Below, one piece after another: positions 33,930-43,197 of a stretch of 54,161 bases of DNA; positions within the stretch are counted from its first letter, which is position 1, and each line of letters begins with the position of its first letter. The stretch is from Thermoplasmataceae archaeon (GTDB taxonomy: Archaea > Thermoplasmatota > Thermoplasmata > Thermoplasmatales > Thermoplasmataceae), in the NCBI GenBank assembly GCA_046705365.1, contig JBJKQM010000016.1, positions 1 through 54,161 of the forward strand, read 5' to 3'. The notes under the pieces are model-generated. The model worked only from the letters and a program-made list of their open reading frames with translations, did no database searches and was not told the DNA's origin. The position numbers and the translations under genes were made by a program.

Positions 33930-34400
33930 TTAGAGGGAACTTAATATCTCCCTTTCATTCATATTTCGTTCGCAGAAGTTGCACCTTATTACAAGAGGTT
34001 TTTTTGACACCAGTGAAAATTCACTGTTCACGGGTTCCTTGACATTGGTTATACAGTTGGCGTTGTGGCACTTCACAATTCCAATGATTCTCGCAGGGAG
34101 TTCCACTGTGTATTTCTGAGTAACCTCGTAATCTTTTACAATGCTTATTGATGCGTCAGGTGCAATAAGAGATATCTTGTCAACTTCAAACTTCTCGAGA
34201 TATCTGTTCTCTATCTTAATAACATCCTTGAAGCTCATCTTGCTGCTGGGTACCCTTATCCCAATGCTAACGGAATTGTTGCTCTTCTCCTCAATTTTAA
34301 GTATGGACAATACTTTCAATGCCTTTCCAGCCGAAATGTGGTCTATAACTGTTCCGTCCTTAATCTTGGTTATTTTAAGTGTTCTGTCCATTTTTATCAC
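33930..34400 (-). CDS. pyrI: Aspartate carbamoyltransferase regulatory subunit
   Basis: 156-aa ORF with [11 protein letters not shown] and a C-terminal zinc site (CHNANC...CNFCE). It overlaps pyrB by 4 nt. Confidence 0.9.
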   Translation of the reverse strand: MIKMDRTLKITKIKDGTVIDHISAGKALKVLSILKIEEKSNNSVSIGIRVPSSKMSFKDVIKIENRYLEKFEVDKISLIAPDASISIVKDYEVTQKYTVELPARIIGIVKCHNANCITNVKEPVNSEFSLVSKKPLVIRCNFCERNMNEREILSSL

Positions 34401-35311
34401 CCCAGTATCATGGAAATAAGAGCCATCCTTACAGGAACTCCGTTGCTGGCCTGCCTGAAGTATGCAGCTTTAGGTGAAGAATCAACTTCAGGTGTGATTT
34501 CATCTATCCTCGGAAGTGGATGCATTATCACTGCCTTTTCCCTCATTTTGTCCACGGCATCCTGATTGATTGAGTAGGACCCTATGACGCTCAGGTACTC
34601 ATTCTGGTCAGTGAATCTCTCTTTCTGGATCCTTGTAACATAAAGCACGTCACTTTTCTCAACTGTGCTGTCAAAGTCGTTCGTGATATTTACTTTGAAA
34701 TCCTTGGGCAATCTTGACAGTATATATTCTGGGATCTTGAGAATATCCGGAGATACCAGGTTGACCTTTACGTCAAAATTAGAGAGGGCAAGAAGAAGGG
34801 AATGCACTGTTCGTCCATATCTTAGATCTCCAACCATTGTTATTTCCTTTCCATCAATTGAACCAAGTTCTTTCCTGATCGTATAAAGGTCCATTATGGT
34901 CTGGGTTGGATGCTGCCCGGAACCGTCTCCTGCATTAATTATGGGTTTGGACGAGAATCTTGCTGCCAGCTTGGCCGCTCCTTCCATGGGATGCCTGATT
35001 ACAATTACATCCGAGTAGCCGTCTGCCATGCGGACCGTGTCAGCCAGTGTTTCACCCTTGGCAGCTGAAGAGGATTTTGCTTCCGAGACTGAAATTACAG
35101 ACCCTCCCAGCCTGTTCATCGCACTCTCAAAAGAAAGGCGGGTTCTTGTGCTCGGCTCATAGAAAAAAGTGGCCATTATTTTGCCGTCAAGGTTCTTCAG
35201 GGTCTTTCCCTGTTTTAGCGCACTTGACATCTCATCAGCTTTTTTGAAAATATCATCCAGTTCGGCAAGGGAGACATCCTCAATGGATACAATGCTCCTG
35301 TTCTTTAACAT
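34397..35311 (-). CDS. pyrB: Aspartate carbamoyltransferase catalytic subunit
   Basis: 304-aa ORF with STRTR, the HPTQ region, [11 protein letters not shown] and HPLPR. Confidence 0.9.
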   Translation of the reverse strand: MLKNRSIVSIEDVSLAELDDIFKKADEMSSALKQGKTLKNLDGKIMATFFYEPSTRTRLSFESAMNRLGGSVISVSEAKSSSAAKGETLADTVRMADGYSDVIVIRHPMEGAAKLAARFSSKPIINAGDGSGQHPTQTIMDLYTIRKELGSIDGKEITMVGDLRYGRTVHSLLLALSNFDVKVNLVSPDILKIPEYILSRLPKDFKVNITNDFDSTVEKSDVLYVTRIQKERFTDQNEYLSVIGSYSINQDAVDKMREKAVIMHPLPRIDEITPEVDSSPKAAYFRQASNGVPVRMALISMILG

Positions 35312-35408
35312 CAGTAAGTCAGATTGTGCAGAGAATTAAATATCTTTTTGAAGAGTGAATTTTCAAATCTTGAAAATCATTATTTGAATAGTAGTTATTT
35401 CAATCTGC

Positions 35409-36683
35409 ATGGACAGGAAGACTTCAGAAATATCGGGTTTCTACAAATTATCAGTTCCTGAAAGGCTAGAAATGCTCAGAGCATTTTCTGACCTTTCCAA
35501 TGAGGAGATGGAGACCCTCTTATCTACAGGCTCCCTATCTGCTGAACTGGCAGATAAACTAATAGAAAATGTAGTCAGCACACTTGAATTGCCAGTGGGG
35601 ATCGCGGCTAATTTCAGGGTTAACAGCAAAGATTACCTGATTCCCATGGCCATCGAGGAGGCATCAGTGGTGGCAGCGTGTTCAAATGCCGCCAGGATTG
35701 CGAGGTCTACCGGAGGCTTTGTGTCGGAGTCGACCGAACCAATAATGATCGGCCAGATCCAGATAACGAAATATGACAATTATGAATCCCTGAAAAAGAC
35801 GATTCTTGAACACGAGGCAGATATAATTCAGTTGGCGAATACCAGGAGCAAAACGTTAAGCTCCCTTGGGGCCGGAGCCAAAGATATAGAAGTCAGATTG
35901 CTTGACGACCCGGGGAAAAGTGCCGTTGTTCACATGCTGATAGACGTTCGTGATGCAATGGGGGCAAATGTGGTGAATAGCATGTGCGAGGCGGTTGCGC
36001 CATATCTGGAAGAATTAACAGGTTGCAGAACAAACCTGAGGATACTGAGTAACCTTACACCACACAGAATTTCAAGAAGCAAGGCAGTGTTTAAGCAGGG
36101 ACTAATTGGTGGAGAAGAGGTTGTAGAGAACATAGTGCGGGCGTATGAGATGGCAAACGTAGATCCATTCAGAGCAGCTACCCACAACAAAGGCATCATG
36201 AATGGAATCGACGCCGTACTTATGGCCACTCTCAATGACTGGAGATCCGCTGAAGCCAATGCCCATACATACCATACCCTGACCGGAAACCTGTCCCTCA
36301 CAAAATACAGTAAAACTCCGGAGGGAGATTTACTGGGAGAGATCGAAATACCCATTGCTGTTGGCACTGTAGGTGGATCGACAAATACAGTGAAGAAATC
36401 AGCCATATTCCGGAAAGTGCTCAACGTCTCAAATTCCAGGGAATTTGCCAACGTCCTTGCGGCTGTTGGCCTTGCCCAGAATTTTGCAGCAGTGAGGGCA
36501 CTAAGTGCAGAGGGTATACAAAAGGGCCACATGTCATTGCATGCCAGGAGCCTGGCTGCATCTGTTGGTGCATCTGGAGAAGAAATTGACATTGTTGCTG
36601 ATAAAATGATAACCGGGAAAACCATAAGTATGACCAGCGCAAGGGAAATACTAGAAGAAATTCGTAAAAGAACTAATAAATAG
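35409..36683 (+). CDS. mvaA: HMG-CoA reductase, class II (bacterial-type)
   Basis: 424-aa ORF. ENVVSTLELPVGIAANFRVNSKDYLIPMAIEEASVVAA parallels the remembered Pseudomonas mevalonii class-II N-terminal region. There is no N-terminal membrane domain. Confidence 0.8.
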   Translation: MDRKTSEISGFYKLSVPERLEMLRAFSDLSNEEMETLLSTGSLSAELADKLIENVVSTLELPVGIAANFRVNSKDYLIPMAIEEASVVAACSNAARIARSTGGFVSESTEPIMIGQIQITKYDNYESLKKTILEHEADIIQLANTRSKTLSSLGAGAKDIEVRLLDDPGKSAVVHMLIDVRDAMGANVVNSMCEAVAPYLEELTGCRTNLRILSNLTPHRISRSKAVFKQGLIGGEEVVENIVRAYEMANVDPFRAATHNKGIMNGIDAVLMATLNDWRSAEANAHTYHTLTGNLSLTKYSKTPEGDLLGEIEIPIAVGTVGGSTNTVKKSAIFRKVLNVSNSREFANVLAAVGLAQNFAAVRALSAEGIQKGHMSLHARSLAASVGASGEEIDIVADKMITGKTISMTSAREILEEIRKRTNK

Positions 36684-36712
36684 AAAGATAAAATCATAGG
36701 AGTGAAAAGTTA

Positions 36713-37456
36713 ATGGAAGAATCAGTAGAGATTGCAATAAAAAATGGAGACGTGCTTCTTCAGAAGGAAAAGGTCATGGATGCCATAAGGGAGTATCTAA
36801 AGGCCTACGAAGTTATCAAGGACTCACAGGACAGTGATACTGCAGATCTCTGCTACAGGCTTTCTCAGGCTTATAATACCCTTGAAAGCAAGAATGACGA
36901 GAATTCCAAGACTTACGCTGAACAGTCCCTGAACATACACCAGAAGGCTGGAGAAAAAGATCTGGTAGCCCTGGATTACCTGAATCTCGGCTATATAGAA
37001 ATGGATGCCAAGAAAAAAGGCGAAAGCGAACAGTTCTTCTTCAAGGCTTTCGAAATTGCAAAGGAAATTGATGACCCATTCCTGATCTCAACCACCCTGA
37101 ACGCTGTGGCAGAGCTTAAATCCACGTCAGCAAAAGAAAGGCCTGAAGCAGCACAGATTTACGAAGAAGTCTTGAAAATATCTGAAAACACTGAGGACTG
37201 GGAAAACTTCTTTGAAGCTATGAGAGGAAAGATAGGCATTATAAGAGAATCAGGCGATGAAGAAAAAGCTCTAAAGCAAGCCATGGAAGCCATTGAGCTC
37301 ATCGACAAGATCGGCCTTAAAATAAAGAACAAGAAAGAGAAGAAGGAATTCAGGAAATCTCTGGGATTCATTTATGATCTTGCCTCAGATATTGCCATGG
37401 AACTTGAAAACGTGGATGAAGCAATCAAGATAGCCCAACGTTCAAAAGCAGAATAA
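36713..37456 (+). CDS. TPR-like helical repeat protein
   Basis: 247-aa acidic helical ORF with repeated A..Y......a..a 34-residue-like units. Confidence 0.5.
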   Translation: MEESVEIAIKNGDVLLQKEKVMDAIREYLKAYEVIKDSQDSDTADLCYRLSQAYNTLESKNDENSKTYAEQSLNIHQKAGEKDLVALDYLNLGYIEMDAKKKGESEQFFFKAFEIAKEIDDPFLISTTLNAVAELKSTSAKERPEAAQIYEEVLKISENTEDWENFFEAMRGKIGIIRESGDEEKALKQAMEAIELIDKIGLKIKNKKEKKEFRKSLGFIYDLASDIAMELENVDEAIKIAQRSKAE

Positions 37457-37458
37457 AC

Positions 37459-38034
37459 CTATTTTTTATTCCATTTCTCCTCTATTTCTGCAAGAAATTG
37501 TTTTGTGTCAATGCTCTCATCTGACATAATGGAGAGAAGTGCTATTTCGAATGGTACATACTTCACAGATTTTAGTACCTCTCTTGCCCTTGTTATTGCA
37601 TCCTTCTTGGTCATCTTTCCTGAGGCAGAAATGGCTTCCAGTATCCTGTCCACAAGCGGCCTCTCCCTGGAATCGGAAAAAAGCTCTCCTTTAGTGACAG
37701 TAAAGTCAAGCGGCACAATTACACCAGAAGTGCTGAAATTAGGAATGTAAAACTTCTCCCTTCTCACCAGCAGACCTTCGTTCGAGGCCTGGGATATGAA
37801 TTCCTTAACCGTTTCCGGGTCAAGCAGATTTTTCTTGAATGAAAGGCTGTTCACAAAGTCCTGTTCCGTATATCCCTGAGTGGATTTTTTTCCGGATGAA
37901 ACTATTGCAATTAATTTTCTTGAGAGGTCTTTGTTCACGTTACCATAATGATCCCATACTATATTTTGTTTCCAACCCCCTGATACCTTTTGCTCTGCAC
38001 TATGAAATAAATAAAGTATACCTGGATGGGACAT
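37459..38034 (-). CDS. Conserved archaeal hypothetical protein (DUF2240-like)
   Basis: The track ORF runs to TTG 38082. ATG 38034 or an internal GTG near 37950 (preceded by AAAATATA) are alternative starts. The family call comes from weak recollection of the LL.P..V.EFI..A...GLL....Y.P.F pattern. Confidence 0.4.
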   Translation of the reverse strand: MSHPGILYLFHSAEQKVSGGWKQNIVWDHYGNVNKDLSRKLIAIVSSGKKSTQGYTEQDFVNSLSFKKNLLDPETVKEFISQASNEGLLVRREKFYIPNFSTSGVIVPLDFTVTKGELFSDSRERPLVDRILEAISASGKMTKKDAITRAREVLKSVKYVPFEIALLSIMSDESIDTKQFLAEIEEKWNKK

Positions 38035-38268
38035 GGAAGATAGGGGCTGAATATGCAGAGGCTTGTAATGCCCAATTAACAATACATTTAAAGTGCAATG
38101 CCGGTGAAGTGATCGACTTTCAAGCTGAAGGAGACCAGCTAAAACTTGAAGTGGAAGCTCCAGGCTTGTATAATCTTATAAAAGATGACAGACTAAATGG
38201 GAAATCTCTAAAAATTGGGGTGCCAGAAGGTGTAAGAGTTTACTCCTTCACCTTCGGTTATGCAAATT

Positions 38269-38742
38269 CTAATTCAATTTCGCAAGCTCTGATTTTACCG
38301 TTTCGTAATCTGGTTCTTTTCCAGGGTCCTCTGAGACCCAGGCATATTTTACGGTGCCTTCAGAATCCAGGACAAAAACTGATCTCTTGGAGGCGGTAAG
38401 TCCCTGAACATTAACAAAATTCTCGTGCAATGCTCCGTATGCCTTGCTTATAGACCTGTCTGCATCACTGAGAAGGTCGAATTCAAGCTTGTTCTGTTTT
38501 GCGAATTCTGCAAGTGAGAATGGCTGGTCCACGCTGACACCCACAACTGTGGCATCAAGGTCGTTGAAAGCGGCCATGGAGTCCCTGAATGTGCACATTT
38601 CCTTTGTGCATACAGAAGTAAAGGCTCCCGGGAAAAATGCCAATACAGTCTTGTGGCCCTTGTAATCTGACAGTTTCTTTTCTTTTAGTTTCGAATCCAA
38701 AGCTCTGAACTCGGGTGCTTTTTCTCCTACATTTACTGACAT
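38269..38742 (-). CDS. bcp: Peroxiredoxin (Bcp-type thiol peroxidase)
   Basis: The track ORF extends to 38931. I prefer ATG 38742 (MSVNVGEKAPEFRALD...VLAFFPGAFTSVCTKEMC), which is typical of Bcp. The upstream extension overlaps the divergent dph6-like gene. Confidence 0.8.
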   Translation of the reverse strand: MSVNVGEKAPEFRALDSKLKEKKLSDYKGHKTVLAFFPGAFTSVCTKEMCTFRDSMAAFNDLDATVVGVSVDQPFSLAEFAKQNKLEFDLLSDADRSISKAYGALHENFVNVQGLTASKRSVFVLDSEGTVKYAWVSEDPGKEPDYETVKSELAKLN

Positions 38743-38802
38743 ATTGTAACCACTCAAGCGATTGCGTAAATATATAAAACCGTAATCATGCTCTAGTCGA
38801 AA

Positions 38803-39447
38803 ATGAGAGCCATAGCATTGCTGTCGGGAGGTAAGGATTCCTTTATGGCGGCCCAGATTGCCAGGGAACAGGGTTACGAGATAGAGGCTGCACTCACTGT
38901 GATACCTGAGGAGTTCTCCATGATGTTTCATTATCCCAATGCTGCCAAGGCGGAACAGGTGGCTGCATTGCTGGACATACCGTGGTTCACAACCTGTGAA
39001 TCGAAGTTCAAGGTTGCAATAGAGAACTATGCGGGAAAAGGAATAGAAGCTGTCATTTCTGGCGCCATAGCGTCGGAATACCAGAAAACCAGAATAGAAA
39101 GATTATGCACCAAGCTGGGGATTGAATCTTTCACCCCACTCTGGAGGAAGAATCAGAGAGACATACTTGATGAAATACTCCTTCGAGGAATTAAGGCAAT
39201 GATTGTTTCTGTATCGGCAGAAGGATTCGACGACAATGATCTTGGAAAGATCATAAACGAGAATTACATTGAAGAGCTCGAATCTAAGAACCTGAAATAC
39301 GGCATTAACATATCCGGGGAAGGCGGCGAGTACGAGACCTTTGTCCTTGGATGCAGAGGTTCGAAACAGCTTGAAGTTACAAAATACAAAAAAGTCTGGG
39401 AAGGATCGCACGGCTACTTCATAATAGAGGAGCTTGAAGAAAGATAG
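38803..39447 (+). CDS. dph6: Diphthine-ammonia ligase-like ATP pyrophosphatase (MJ0570/DUF71 family)
   Basis: 214-aa ORF with the PP-loop LLSGGKDS and GEGGEYETFV. Confidence 0.75.
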   Translation: MRAIALLSGGKDSFMAAQIAREQGYEIEAALTVIPEEFSMMFHYPNAAKAEQVAALLDIPWFTTCESKFKVAIENYAGKGIEAVISGAIASEYQKTRIERLCTKLGIESFTPLWRKNQRDILDEILLRGIKAMIVSVSAEGFDDNDLGKIINENYIEELESKNLKYGINISGEGGEYETFVLGCRGSKQLEVTKYKKVWEGSHGYFIIEELEER

Positions 39448-39448
39448 A

Positions 39449-40045
39449 TCAATCCAGAGTTGTCTGAGTTCCTTCCTGGTCAGACATCACGTATCTTTTT
39501 ACGTCAAGTGAATAAGATATAAGTTCTCTGAGCATAATCATAAGTTTCTGGTTGTCCCTGGATATCGGTTCCATCATCAGGTTGTTTTGCGGAACCTTGA
39601 TGCCCTGTTCATTCAGTTTTGAAACATATTCCATTCTTCGCTGTGGAACAACTGTTCTGTACTCCCTTGGCAGTTCAACGTTGCATCTTTCAATTTCTCT
39701 GACAAAAATTGGCCTGTTAAAAAGATAATACAGCAATTCCAGGGCATGGTCTCCAGTATTCTCTGCTGAGTATTTCCTGGCAGCTTTCCCGATCATGTCA
39801 TAAATATCTTTTCCAGGTACGCTCTGAATTGAATAAATTCTTGATGGTTTTATTTCCTTTTCCCTTAGTACACCTGTATCGACAAGTGCTTTCAGGTAAC
39901 CGGTTAGCACAAGCCTGTGTGTGTTTATGCCTCTGGCTTCCAGGGACTTCTGAAGTCCGGATATGGACTTTTCCTCGTCCACCAGTTCAGAAATGATTTC
40001 CTCTTTCAGGCTTTTGTCTGGTTTCAGACTGTCCAATTCATGCAC
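39449..40045 (-). CDS. Hypothetical protein with N-terminal winged-helix-like region
   Basis: 198-aa ORF containing ISGLQKSLEARGINTHRLVLTGYLKALVDTGVLREKE. It overlaps the purB stop by 8 nt. Confidence 0.45.
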   Translation of the reverse strand: MHELDSLKPDKSLKEEIISELVDEEKSISGLQKSLEARGINTHRLVLTGYLKALVDTGVLREKEIKPSRIYSIQSVPGKDIYDMIGKAARKYSAENTGDHALELLYYLFNRPIFVREIERCNVELPREYRTVVPQRRMEYVSKLNEQGIKVPQNNLMMEPISRDNQKLMIMLRELISYSLDVKRYVMSDQEGTQTTLD

Positions 40046-41399
40046 TTCCCATTGCCAGGCTTCTTACTTTTTCTGTCTGGTCCAGAACTTTCTTGCAAAT
40101 CCTCTCTGCACTTCCGACAAAACTTGCCGGGTCCATTATGGATTCTAACTTTTCACCGGAAAGATTTTCCAACGCACCATTCCTTTTCAGGCTCTCCATC
40201 AGTGTAGTGTTATTGGCGTAGGCATCCATTGAAGCCTTCCTCACCATTTCATGAGCTTCCTGCCTTGGAATTCCTGACATGGTCAATTCGGAAACAAATC
40301 TCTCAGACAGCACAAAATCGTCGGATTTGAGGTTGCTGAGCATTCTTTCACTGTTTACCAGGAGATTATCAAAAACTGTGGTCATTTTGGTGATGATGTG
40401 ATCGGAAAGGATGCAGGAATAAGGAATTGAAAATCTTTCTGAAGCACTATTGGTCAAATCTCTCTCATGCCACGTGACCGCAGCCTCGTACTCCGGGATG
40501 ATGAAACTTCTCACAAGGCGTGCAAGGCTGACAACGTTTTCGGAAACTATTGGATTTACCTTGCTGGGCATGGAACTTGAACCCACCTGTTTATCCCTGT
40601 CAAAGAATTCAGAAACTTCATTTATTTCCGGCCTTTGAAGGTTTCTCACCTCAGTACCGAATTTCTCCAGCGAGGTGGCAATCCCACTTAAAACAGAAAG
40701 TAATTCCACATACCTGTCTCTGTTAACAATCTGGGAAGATGCAGTTTCTGATGTGATTCCCAGCACTTCCATGACCCTGTCCTGAATTTCAATGGCTGCA
40801 TCGCCCAAAGATGCCCCGGTCCCTACCGGACCCATTATTTTTCCAGCGATTACCCTTTTTCTAGACTGGACCACCCTTTCAATATGCCTGTTCACTTCAG
40901 AAAGATAAACAGCCATCTTGAGACCGAAAGTGATTGGACTTGCATGCTGACCATGTGTTCTGCCAAGCATCACAGTGAGTTTGTGTTCATCCACTATTTT
41001 TGACATGGAACTCTGGAGTGAAAGCAGATCCTCAATAAGATAATGGTAGAAATCCCTGATCTGAAGTGCAGTCGCAGTGTCTATAATATCATTTGAAGTG
41101 ACGCCAAAGTGGACATATTTCTCGCCAACAGTGCACTCCTCTGAGAGAGCCTTTACCACAGCCATTATGTCATGCTTGATCTCAGCCTCTATCTCCTTAA
41201 CTCTCTCCGGCTTAACTTTACCTGAATCCACAACATTCTGTATATCCTGGTAAGCATCCTTAGGTATGAGGTTGAATTCAGCTTCCACCTGGGCCAGTGT
41301 CTTTTCAACCTTAAGCATGTAATTTAATTTTGCCTCTTCTGAAAATATATTCTTAACTTCCTTCCTGCCATACCTGAATTCAATCGGAGAAACAGACAC
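40038..41399 (-). CDS. purB: Adenylosuccinate lyase
   Basis: 453-aa ORF with the fumarate-lyase signature GSSSMPSKVNP and HFGVTSNDI. Confidence 0.9.
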   Translation of the reverse strand: MSVSPIEFRYGRKEVKNIFSEEAKLNYMLKVEKTLAQVEAEFNLIPKDAYQDIQNVVDSGKVKPERVKEIEAEIKHDIMAVVKALSEECTVGEKYVHFGVTSNDIIDTATALQIRDFYHYLIEDLLSLQSSMSKIVDEHKLTVMLGRTHGQHASPITFGLKMAVYLSEVNRHIERVVQSRKRVIAGKIMGPVGTGASLGDAAIEIQDRVMEVLGITSETASSQIVNRDRYVELLSVLSGIATSLEKFGTEVRNLQRPEINEVSEFFDRDKQVGSSSMPSKVNPIVSENVVSLARLVRSFIIPEYEAAVTWHERDLTNSASERFSIPYSCILSDHIITKMTTVFDNLLVNSERMLSNLKSDDFVLSERFVSELTMSGIPRQEAHEMVRKASMDAYANNTTLMESLKRNGALENLSGEKLESIMDPASFVGSAERICKKVLDQTEKVRSLAMGSA

Positions 41400-41760
41400 A
41401 AAAGCATATTAGATTAAATCACTAAAAGCCTTTGTTAGATCCTGCAACCATTTCCCGAAATTCCATGATTATTTATCATTTACAGGAGAGTAGTATAGGT
41501 AGACCCGATGAAAGATATTCCCTGAATTTTGAACGTTTTGTAAAACACAATGATCATCTTCACATTGAATTTATGATTTGTTTCAAAGGTATCGATCCTA
41601 GTGAATAAGTGACATTACCATTTTTGATGCATTCACAATGTGAGAAAAGTTGTAATCGCATCTATAGATATTTATCTAAAATGGAGTATACAAAACAATC
41701 ATAATTTGTTTATTGTGTCAGACAGAAAGATTATTTATCATGTTTTAAATATATATTCTG

Positions 41761-42579
41761 ATGCTAGAGTCGTCCAGGGCTTATCTTTTGAAATTTGATC
41801 GTGTTATTGTTCCCATGGCTAAGGGAGATCGCTCCCGTGTGGTTCTGGATATGGCTTTCAAGCTCTCGGAAACCTATAAAACTGAAATCACTGCCCTGAC
41901 CATAAAAGAGGAACTGAAAGAAGTCACGTGGAGTGACAAGGTAAATGTCATCATCAATGCATACCGAGATGGCAAGGAAAGGAACATTAAGGTAATCCCA
42001 AAGGTGAGAACTTCTCGCAGTGTCAGGCAGGGTATTACGGAAGAAGTTTCCACAAGAAATTACGATTTGCTTCTGTTGGGGACATTTAAGCGGTCCATAC
42101 TTTCAGGCTCTCTGTTCGGAGGCATAGGAGATTATGTCATGAAGAACTCGAACATCCCCACTGCTGTCTTCAGCATAAAAGGAAGTGAGTTCCCGTACAG
42201 AAAAATACTGGTTCCAGTTTGTGAAACTCTTAACACCAGGGCATCTTTTGCACTGGCCATGCATTTCAAACAGGCTCTGGGTTCAAATCTGGTCCTTGCG
42301 GATTTGAGGAAATACGACAAGAAGAAAACCCACGGATTCAGCACTGTTTTTGACAGGATGGGTGAAATGATCTCGTCCTATGGTGACAATATTTCTGTCA
42401 TAAGGCCCAGTTTATCCACATCCCTGCTTGAGGAAATGGAACTGGTGATCAGGGACCAGCGACCAGACCTGATTGTTTTCGGGGTCAAAGACAGCAAAAG
42501 CGGAAAAGTAAGATTTAACTCTAATATGAAGAACCTTGTGAAATCAACTGTTCAGGACATAGTAGTCCTGAAAAAATAA
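41761..42579 (+). CDS. Tandem universal stress protein (UspA) domain protein
   Basis: 272-aa ORF with two Usp-like halves (RVIVPMAKGDRS...LLLLGTFKRS...G and KILVPVCETLN...DLIVFGVKDS). Confidence 0.65.
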   Translation: MLESSRAYLLKFDRVIVPMAKGDRSRVVLDMAFKLSETYKTEITALTIKEELKEVTWSDKVNVIINAYRDGKERNIKVIPKVRTSRSVRQGITEEVSTRNYDLLLLGTFKRSILSGSLFGGIGDYVMKNSNIPTAVFSIKGSEFPYRKILVPVCETLNTRASFALAMHFKQALGSNLVLADLRKYDKKKTHGFSTVFDRMGEMISSYGDNISVIRPSLSTSLLEEMELVIRDQRPDLIVFGVKDSKSGKVRFNSNMKNLVKSTVQDIVVLKK

Positions 42580-42582
42580 CTC

Positions 42583-43197
42583 TTACGACAGAACATTGGG
42601 CGGCAATATTTTCATTGCTGTCAGGTAGTTGATAATCCAGACATTGAGAGACACTGTATTAACATAATAGGTTCCGAATATGGGAAAATTTCTCTGTTCA
42701 TTCTGGTAAATCAGTGAATTGAGCTGTGTTTCAATATTTGTCATGGAGATATTCATATTTACGTTCTGGCCCAGCCCATGTATTGATGTTGCAATTCTTG
42801 CCACCTGATCTGTTGCGCCAAGAACAGGTATATTTGGATCCTCTCCTGATGCTGAATATGCGACCATGGCATAGGGAATCTGAGAAATATTCACGGTCGG
42901 ATTCTCGGATTTGAACTGCTGTATGTACTGCAAAGTCTGGTTAAGAGTATTGTTGGTATTTAGAGGATATTCATTGCTGGCAGCTGGCCTGGCCTGGAAG
43001 AAGTAGGATGCGTTGAATGCGTCTGCCAGCAGATAAGAACCGTAAATGGTCCCGTTTATTTCCACCGGAGAACCGGACGACTGGTAAGGCAATGCCACCT
43101 GCGTAATCTCTGCGGTAACTGTCGGATAAACGAATCCCAGTACAAACAGAATAGTAAATGCAAACGCGAAACCCTTCAGAATGCGCTTATAGTTCAC
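42583..43197 (-). CDS. kdpC: K+-transporting ATPase subunit KdpC
   Basis: 204-aa ORF with an N-terminal TM helix and SASGEDPNI (cf. SGSGLDP). It overlaps kdpB by 4 nt. Confidence 0.8.
   Translation of the reverse strand: MNYKRILKGFAFAFTILFVLGFVYPTVTAEITQVALPYQSSGSPVEINGTIYGSYLLADAFNASYFFQARPAASNEYPLNTNNTLNQTLQYIQQFKSENPTVNISQIPYAMVAYSASGEDPNIPVLGATDQVARIATSIHGLGQNVNMNISMTNIETQLNSLIYQNEQRNFPIFGTYYVNTVSLNVWIINYLTAMKILPPNVLS

Noticed and set aside
35930-36697. 255-aa ORF antisense to the HMG-CoA reductase gene
   Set aside because: It lies entirely inside a gene with clear class-II HMGR motifs. The translation is Ser/Leu/Ala-rich and low in complexity, as is typical of antisense frames, and it has no recognisable motif.
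37839-38399. 186-aa plus-strand ORF that stays open across the 38035-38268 spacer between the DUF2240-like gene and bcp. It reads protein-like there (AQLTIHLKCNAGEVIDFQAEGDQLKLEVEAPGLYNLIKDDRLNGKSLKIGVPEGVRVYSFTFG).
   Set aside because: Its only ATG start lies deep inside the antisense of the upstream gene, and its last 130 nt are antisense to the well-supported bcp C-terminus. There is no in-frame ATG within the spacer, only GTG at 38109. I treat it as a chance open frame. The 234-bp spacer remains otherwise unexplained, so Ribo-seq or conservation could overturn this.
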